This document shows, in pieces, positions 35,861 to 41,371 of a stretch of DNA of 41,371 bases. A program made the position numbers and the translations under genes. Below the pieces are notes generated by a model that was not told the DNA's origin, made no database searches, and saw nothing but the letters and a program-made list of their open reading frames with translations. The stretch is from Candidatus Solincola tengchongensis (GTDB lineage Bacteria; Actinomycetota; Geothermincolia; Geothermincolales; RBG-13-55-18), in the NCBI GenBank assembly GCA_015711895.1, contig JACVJH010000024.1, forward strand, positions 1 to 41,371, written 5' to 3'. Within the stretch, counting starts at the first letter, position 1. Every line of letters begins with the position of its first letter.

Positions 35861-36937
35861 ATGACGGAAACCGACACTTGTACCCGGTGCGGGCTTCCCC
35901 TCTACATCAGCAGCCAGCATGTATGGATGGACAACGGGGTCATCACCGCGAAGAGGGACGCCCGGCAACGCCTGGTTCTCTTCGAGTGCGGGAACTTCGA
36001 CCCCTTGTTCCAGGGCATCGGCGAGATCATCGGTGTACCCATTGAGCGGCTGGTCATCGACGCATCGCGGAGGTCCACCAGGGAATACATGCGCTTCGTG
36101 GTCCCCGACGACGTCAAGGAGACGATCAGGAAACGGGAGATAGACCTCCGGCTGGTGTTCGATTCCACCTTTCTCATCTGGAGGGCAATGGGCTACGGAA
36201 AGCTCTCTTTGGAGGATGTGAGGTACGAGGGAGGCGAGGGGGACTTCATCACCGTCATCGCCGAGCGCCCATACTCGGTGCCCCTGGCGGTGGGCAATTT
36301 CGCCGGGTCGCTGGAGGCCATCGTGGGAAGGGAGCCGGGCGTCAGGTACGAGGAGACGGCACCCGGAATTTACCGCATCACCGTCTTCGAGGCGGAGAAT
36401 CCCCCCGAGTTGAAGGACAGGCTGCGGTGGAGAGGATACGAAAGGGAGTACAAGCCGGGTGATTTCAGGCCGGAGAGGTGCGAGAACTGCGGGGCACCCC
36501 TGGCCCTTCAGGAGTTCAGGTGGGACCTGGCCAACGGCTCCATCCGCAGTTCCGTCACCGGGCGGAGGATGGTCATGACCGGGCCTTCCATGATCGACCC
36601 CGTCTTCGAGGAGCTGGAGAGAGAACTTGGCGAGACCATCCCGCGGGTGGTGGTGGAGGCCCAGAAGCGCTTCGTGAAGTCCGGCTTCTTCGCCGTGGAG
36701 GAAGTGGCCGGCGAGGAGGGGATGCGCGAGAAACTGGCCATCCGGGGGCTCGGGTACCTCCGTTACCTGCGCGTCGGAAGAAGAGGCGTGCAGGTCAAGG
36801 TGGAGAACGTGGCCCTTCCCCTTCTGGGCGTGGGGCTGGCCCAGGGACTCTATGAGAGGGCTTTCCAAGTGGAGAGCGACGTGGAATGGGAGCTGAGCGA
36901 GGAGGGCGACCTGCTCGTGGAGGTTACCCCGCGTTGA
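35861..36937 (+). CDS. Uncharacterised protein: two tandem CxxC-knuckle + V4R-like modules (paralog B)
   Basis: The ORF is 35801..36937. The start is set to ATG 35861, after GAAAGGAAGG. 358 aa, colinear with 19811..20881 over the whole length. See findings. Confidence 0.7.
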   Translation: MTETDTCTRCGLPLYISSQHVWMDNGVITAKRDARQRLVLFECGNFDPLFQGIGEIIGVPIERLVIDASRRSTREYMRFVVPDDVKETIRKREIDLRLVFDSTFLIWRAMGYGKLSLEDVRYEGGEGDFITVIAERPYSVPLAVGNFAGSLEAIVGREPGVRYEETAPGIYRITVFEAENPPELKDRLRWRGYEREYKPGDFRPERCENCGAPLALQEFRWDLANGSIRSSVTGRRMVMTGPSMIDPVFEELERELGETIPRVVVEAQKRFVKSGFFAVEEVAGEEGMREKLAIRGLGYLRYLRVGRRGVQVKVENVALPLLGVGLAQGLYERAFQVESDVEWELSEEGDLLVEVTPR

Positions 36938-37285
36938 GCGCGTTGTGCATGTCGTGAAACCCGATCCAGGCAATAAATGGTAATATAACATGATATGGCG
37001 GATTCCTCTTGATCGTCATGACAGGGTTGGTGAAAGCGCCGGCTTTTCCGGTTAGGCGGCAAAGCGCCGTCGATGTCATGGCTCGCTATGGGTCGATGCC
37101 CTCCATCGGGTAGGCGCTTTCGGGTTTAAGGCAGGCCGGGAGGCCACCCTGTGGTCCTGACATGGCTGGATGCAGTCTGACAGGGCGAAGGGGGCGATCT
37201 CTGGGGCCGGCTTTACGGAAGGCCTGATAAGCACGAACATCTACAGGATGCGGACGACGGACCTCTTGTGCGAAAGGGGCAGTAT

Positions 37286-38704
37286 ATGGTCAGGGTGAGG
37301 TTCGCCCCATCTCCGACGGGCCGCCTGCATCTGGGCTCGGCGAGGACGGCGCTTTTCAACTGGCTTTTCGCCCGCGGACAAGGCGGTTCTTTCATCCTGC
37401 GCATAGAGGATACCGACGTGGAGAGGTCCAGCCGGGAGATGGAGGAGTCCATCCTCGAGGACCTCAGATGGCTGGGGCTGGACTGGGACGAGGGCCCCGA
37501 CGTGGGCGGGCCTCATGCCCCCTACCGGCAGAGCGAACGGGGAGAGGTCTACCGCGAACACGCACGCCTGCTGGTGGAGAAGGGGATGGCCTATCCGTGC
37601 TTCTGCACCCCGGAACAGCTGGAGGAGAAGAGAGAAAGGGCCCTGGCCGAGGGGCGGTCTCCCCGTTACGACGGTGCCTGCCGCGACCTTGAACCGCTGG
37701 AGGTGAGGAAGAGGGAAGGGCGTGGCGAGAGACCGGCCCTCCGGTTCCGGGTACCCGAAAAGGAGGTCGTCTTCCAGGACCTCCTGCATGGGCTGGTCCG
37801 CTTCCCCCCGGGTTCCTTCGGGGATTTCATCATCATGCGTTCCGACGGGCGGGCCGGTTTCCATTTCTCCGTAGTGGTGGACGACGCGGTCATGGGGATA
37901 ACCCACGTCATAAGAGGCGAGGACCACCTCACCAATACCGCCCGCCACGTGCTGCTCTTCGAGGCACTCGGGTATCCGGCGCCCATGTACCTGCACCATT
38001 CCCTGCTCCTGGGGCCCGACGGGGGCAAGATGAGCAAGCGCCACGGAGCGACCTCGGTCCGCGAATACCGGGAGATGGGTTACCTCCCCCAGGCCTTGGT
38101 CAACTACCTAGCCCTCCTCTCCTGGTCCCCGCCGGAGGGCAGGGAAGTGCTGGACCTCTCGGAGCTGGTGGAACTCTTCGACATCGGCGACCTCTCGCGG
38201 AGCCCGGCGGTCTTCGACCGGGAACGGTTGGACTGGCTTAACGGGAAGCACCTGCGCCGCATGCCCCTGGACGAACTGGTGAGGGTCGCCGGGGTCTATG
38301 CCCCACGCTGGTCGGGGCACCCTCTCTTTGCGGTCATGTTGGAATCCGTTCTGGATAATATTACCAATTTGGGAGAGCTTCCCTCTTACCTGGAGGCCTA
38401 CGGTGAGCCCGCACGACCGGGGGAACGCGCTGCGGAATGGCTGCGGGGTGAGGTCGCCGGGAGGGTCCTGGAGAAAGCGGAGGAGATTCTGAGGGAGGAG
38501 GGGGTCCGGGATCTGGAGCACGCCCATCACCTGGTGGCCAGGCTGCGCCACGCCTTCGACGAGCGGGACCTGAAGCCCAAGGAGATTCTCATGCCCCTTC
38601 GGGTGGCCCTCACCGGAAGGGACCGCGGTCCCGCCCTTCCCTACCTGCTCTACGTGCTGGGGAGGGACGAATGCCTCCGAAGACTCCAGGGGGTCAGGTC
38701 TTGA
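37286..38704 (+). CDS. gltX: Glutamate--tRNA ligase
   Basis: MVRVRFAPSPTGRLHLGSARTALFNWLFAR contains the HIGH-type motif. Also present are RIEDTD and KMSKRHG (the KMSKS motif). The start is set to ATG 37286 inside ORF 37268..38704. Confidence 0.92.
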   Translation: MVRVRFAPSPTGRLHLGSARTALFNWLFARGQGGSFILRIEDTDVERSSREMEESILEDLRWLGLDWDEGPDVGGPHAPYRQSERGEVYREHARLLVEKGMAYPCFCTPEQLEEKRERALAEGRSPRYDGACRDLEPLEVRKREGRGERPALRFRVPEKEVVFQDLLHGLVRFPPGSFGDFIIMRSDGRAGFHFSVVVDDAVMGITHVIRGEDHLTNTARHVLLFEALGYPAPMYLHHSLLLGPDGGKMSKRHGATSVREYREMGYLPQALVNYLALLSWSPPEGREVLDLSELVELFDIGDLSRSPAVFDRERLDWLNGKHLRRMPLDELVRVAGVYAPRWSGHPLFAVMLESVLDNITNLGELPSYLEAYGEPARPGERAAEWLRGEVAGRVLEKAEEILREEGVRDLEHAHHLVARLRHAFDERDLKPKEILMPLRVALTGRDRGPALPYLLYVLGRDECLRRLQGVRS

Positions 38705-38726
38705 ATCGTGATACCCCCATGGGTAT
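38690..38726 (+). repeat. 37-nt repeated element, copy 2 (GGGGTCAGGTCTTGAAT-C-GTGATACCC-CCAT-GGGTAT)
   Basis: 32 of 37 positions are identical to 12796..12832. The first 15 nt encode the last four codons and the TGA stop of gltX. Confidence 0.6.
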
Positions 38727-38894
38727 AAATTTCGGGGCCTCCGGGTAACGGTATCGCTCCGCAGGCTCCGCTGCGACCGACCCGTACGGCCCCGCAGGGG
38801 AGGATGGAGGCGGGCTCGCCCTCCGAGACACCCGCGGTGGCCAAAACCCGGCTTCCCAGGAAAAGTGCGCAGTCCTTTTCCGAGCGGCAACCTT

Positions 38895-38900
38895 TATAAT
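38895..38900 (+). promoter_or_regulatory. Perfect -10 hexamer TATAAT upstream of cysE
   Basis: TATAAT lies 34 nt upstream of ATG 38935, and a GAGGAGGAAG ribosome-binding site lies between them. The -35 region is poor (GTCCTT). Confidence 0.35.
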
Positions 38901-38934
38901 ATTCTTTACGCCGCGGGAAGAGGAGGAAGAGTGG

Positions 38935-39804
38935 ATGCTGCGGGAGATACTGGAAACCCTGAAACAGGACATACAGGCGGCACGGGACCGTGACCCGGCC
39001 GCTCGGAGCGCCCTGGAGATAATCTTGGCCTATCCCGGCGTCCACGCCCTGTGGATGCACCGCGTGGCCCACTGGCTGTGGAACCGCGGCATTCCCCTCG
39101 TCCCCCGTCTCCTCTCGCACCTTAACCGCTGGCTGACGGGAATCGAGATACATCCGGGAGCCCGCATCGGAAAGGGCGTTTTCATCGACCACGGCATGGG
39201 GGTGGTGATTGGGGAGACGGCGGAGATAGGGGACAACGTCACCCTTTACCAGGGGGTGACCCTGGGAGGAACCGGAAAGGAAAAGGGCAAGCGCCATCCC
39301 ACGGTGGGGAAGAACGTGGTCATCGCCGCCGGGGCCAAGGTGCTGGGCCCCATAACCATAGGCGACGATTCCAAGGTGGGAGCCGGGGCGGTGGTCATCC
39401 GGGGCGTCCCTCCCCGGTGCACGGTGGTGGGGGTGCCCGGGAAGGTGGTGGTAAGGGAGGGTGAACCGGTGATAGACCTCCATCACGAGGCCATCCCCGA
39501 CCCGGTGATGGACAGGATCGAGGCGCTGGACGGGATGATACGCAAACTGGAGGAGAGGCTGGAGAAGACCCACCGCGAGCTGGAGAGCGCGGAGAGGAAG
39601 TTGCGCCGCGCCGAGGAGGAGCTCAAGACCGTGGAGCGCAGGATAGGGCTGACCGGGGAGGCGGAAGAGGGCAGCGCGAGAGCCGCCGCGAGTGGAGGCT
39701 CATCCCGCGGGAAGGGCGGAGGGAGCGCCGCGAGGAAGGGAGAGGGAAGCGGCGCGCGGCGGAAAAGATCCGGGGGCGGCATGGAGAGCGAAGGGGAGGA
39801 CTGA
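38935..39804 (+). CDS. cysE: Serine O-acetyltransferase
   Basis: [30 protein letters not shown]...[57 protein letters not shown] is near-identical in pattern to Bacillus-type CysE. A C-terminal extension is described in findings. Confidence 0.92.
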   Translation: MLREILETLKQDIQAARDRDPAARSALEIILAYPGVHALWMHRVAHWLWNRGIPLVPRLLSHLNRWLTGIEIHPGARIGKGVFIDHGMGVVIGETAEIGDNVTLYQGVTLGGTGKEKGKRHPTVGKNVVIAAGAKVLGPITIGDDSKVGAGAVVIRGVPPRCTVVGVPGKVVVREGEPVIDLHHEAIPDPVMDRIEALDGMIRKLEERLEKTHRELESAERKLRRAEEELKTVERRIGLTGEAEEGSARAAASGGSSRGKGGGSAARKGEGSGARRKRSGGGMESEGED

Positions 39805-39812
39805 AAAAGGCC

Positions 39813-41321
39813 ATGGGCCTCAGGGTTTACAACACCATGACCCGCAGGAAGGAGGACGTCGTGCCCCGCGCGGAGGGCGAGGTGTCCATGTACGTCGGCG
39901 GGCCCACGGTGTACAACTACATCCACGTGGGAAACGGGAGGGCCTACCTGGTCTTCGACGTCATCCGCCGCTACCTCCAGTACAAGGGATACCAGGTCTA
40001 CTGCGTGCAGAACTTCACCGACGTGGACGACAAGATCATCGCCCGCGCCATGGAGGAGGGAAAGACACCCGAGGAAGTGGCCCGTTTCTACGAACAGGCC
40101 TTCCTGGAGGACATGCGGGCCCTGCGCGTCATGCCGCCAGACGTGTCCCCCCGCGCCACGGAGACCATACCCCGTATGCTGGAGATGATACAGGGCCTGC
40201 TGGAGAAGGGATACGCCTACGTCGTGGACGGGGACGTATTCTTCAGCGTGGAGAGGTTCCCGGGGTACGGGAAGCTCTCCCGCAGGACTCTGGAGGAGAT
40301 GCGGGCCGGGGAGCGGGTGGAGGTGGACGAGCGCAAACGCCACCCCATGGACTTCGCCCTCTGGAAGTCGGCCAAACCGGGAGAGCCGGCCTGGGATTCC
40401 CCCTGGGGGAAGGGACGTCCGGGATGGCACATCGAGTGCTCGGCCATGTCCCTCCACTACCTGGGCATGGGTTTCGACATCCACGGCGGCGGCCAGGATC
40501 TCATCTTCCCGCACCACGAGAACGAGATCGCCCAGTCCGAGGCCTATACCGGGCAGGAACCCTTCGTCCGCTACTGGATACACAACGGCTTCGTCAACAT
40601 CCGCGAGGAGAAGATGTCCAAATCGCTGGGGAACATCGTCCTGGTGCGGGAGATACTGAAGAAATACCCCCCGGACGCCGTCCGTATGCTGACCCTCCAG
40701 ACCCATTACCGGAGCCCCATAGACTTCGGCCCGGAGGCCCTGGAGGAGGCGCAACGGGCTTTGGAGAGGCTGGAGAACTGCCTCTTCGCCCTGGATAGCT
40801 TCCTTGCCAAGCCCACCACTCGCGTGGCCCCCGTGCGCACCCAGAGGGAGGTGGAGCTCTCCGACTCCTTCTTCGACTTCGAGCGGCGGTTCGAGGAGGC
40901 CATGGACGACGACTTCAACACCGCCAAGGCCATGGGCGTGATCTTCGAGCTGGTCAAGGAGCTCAACGCCTACCTGGCGGAGCAGGAGAGGTTCCCAACC
41001 CCCGCCGCCCCCATCATCGCCGGGCTGGGAAGGGACCTCCTTCTCAAGCTCTGCCGGGTCCTGGGCCTCTTACAACCCCCGGAGGAGGCGGAGGAGGAAT
41101 GCCTCCCCGCGGAGGAGGGCGAGGAGAAGAAGCCCGCCGGGTTTCCCGCGGCGGAGGACCTGGTGGAGCTGCTCCTCGAGGTCCGCGCCTTGGCCCGCAG
41201 GAAGAAGGAATACGAGACCGCGGACTTCATACGCTCCCGCCTGGGGGAGATGGGCATTCGCGTGGACGACCTCCGGGAGGGCCAGCGCTGGAAGTACGTG
41301 GGGAGGCAGGAGCGGGATTGA
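39813..41321 (+). CDS. cysS: Cysteine--tRNA ligase
   Basis: MYVGGPTVYNYIHVGNGRAY contains the HIGH-type motif. Also present are WHIECSAM, HHENEIAQSEA and KMSKSLGN. Confidence 0.93.
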   Translation: MGLRVYNTMTRRKEDVVPRAEGEVSMYVGGPTVYNYIHVGNGRAYLVFDVIRRYLQYKGYQVYCVQNFTDVDDKIIARAMEEGKTPEEVARFYEQAFLEDMRALRVMPPDVSPRATETIPRMLEMIQGLLEKGYAYVVDGDVFFSVERFPGYGKLSRRTLEEMRAGERVEVDERKRHPMDFALWKSAKPGEPAWDSPWGKGRPGWHIECSAMSLHYLGMGFDIHGGGQDLIFPHHENEIAQSEAYTGQEPFVRYWIHNGFVNIREEKMSKSLGNIVLVREILKKYPPDAVRMLTLQTHYRSPIDFGPEALEEAQRALERLENCLFALDSFLAKPTTRVAPVRTQREVELSDSFFDFERRFEEAMDDDFNTAKAMGVIFELVKELNAYLAEQERFPTPAAPIIAGLGRDLLLKLCRVLGLLQPPEEAEEECLPAEEGEEKKPAGFPAAEDLVELLLEVRALARRKKEYETADFIRSRLGEMGIRVDDLREGQRWKYVGRQERD

Positions 41322-41371
41322 GATACGAGCAGGTGGAGGGGAGGAGGGCGGTCCTTGAGGCCCTGCGCGGG
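41317..41371 (+). CDS. rlmB: 5' end of an RlmB/TrmH-family rRNA 2'-O-methyltransferase (partial, runs off the window)
   Basis: TTG 41317 overlaps the cysS TGA (TTGA). The reading frame gives (M)RYEQVEGRRAVLEALRG, which resembles the conserved RlmB N-terminus (VEGRNAVLEAL). Its position after cysS matches the conserved gene order. Only 18 codons are visible. Confidence 0.5.

Noticed and set aside
36938-37285. T-box leaders upstream of gltX (36938-37285) and upstream of cysE (38705-38934), as found for cysES in Bacillus.
   Set aside because: Neither region has a + strand match to the T-box sequence (AANNNGGGUGGNACCGCG). The only CCGCGGT-containing string (38832-38845) is in the wrong orientation and lacks the rest of the motif.

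Overview
This is a GC-rich chromosomal window from a Gram-positive-type bacterium; the lineage is inferred from gene order and protein signatures. Most genes lie on the + strand. I can support 33 protein-coding genes. I found no rRNA, tRNA, transposase, integrase, cas gene or recognisable defence system.

Layout:
1. 0.1-3.3 kb: carD, a yacL-like PIN/TRAM gene, ispD and ispF.
2. 3.5-4.0 kb: an HD-domain hydrolase (-), followed by about 630 nt with no supportable gene.
3. 4.7-14.9 kb: an acyl-CoA cluster headed by a TetR gene. It holds a FATP-type acyl-CoA ligase, an SCP2-type thiolase, two acyl-CoA dehydrogenases (one without the canonical catalytic Glu), a nitroreductase-fold protein, a 2x[4Fe-4S] ferredoxin and two paralogous SDRs.
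4. 15.6-19.5 kb: acs and a lone Wzx-like flippase.
5. 19.8-22.6 kb: an orphan double CxxC/V4R-like protein (-) and a biosynthetic-type thiolase.
6. 22.7-33.6 kb: ppa and mgtA (-), divergent from phoP/phoR-like genes, pstSCAB and phoU.
7. 33.6-36.9 kb: pckA (-) and a second copy of the orphan protein.
8. 37.3-41.4 kb: gltX, cysE, cysS and the first codons of an rlmB-like gene.

Observations most worth follow-up:
- The two colinear, internally duplicated CxxC + V4R-like orphan paralogs.
- The TetR-gated acyl-CoA cluster, which has an igr-like parts list, no ETF or hydratase in the window, and a flavoprotein/ferredoxin pair instead.
- A 37-nt element present twice. Each copy sits at the 3' end of a + strand gene, in frame, and carries its own TGA.
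- About 34 kb lying inside the normally contiguous yacL-ispD-ispF-gltX-cysE-cysS-rlmB string.
- An 11-bp phased TTAAAC array upstream of pstS.
- Several unusually long non-coding stretches.

All functional calls come from reading motifs by eye. No database search was run.
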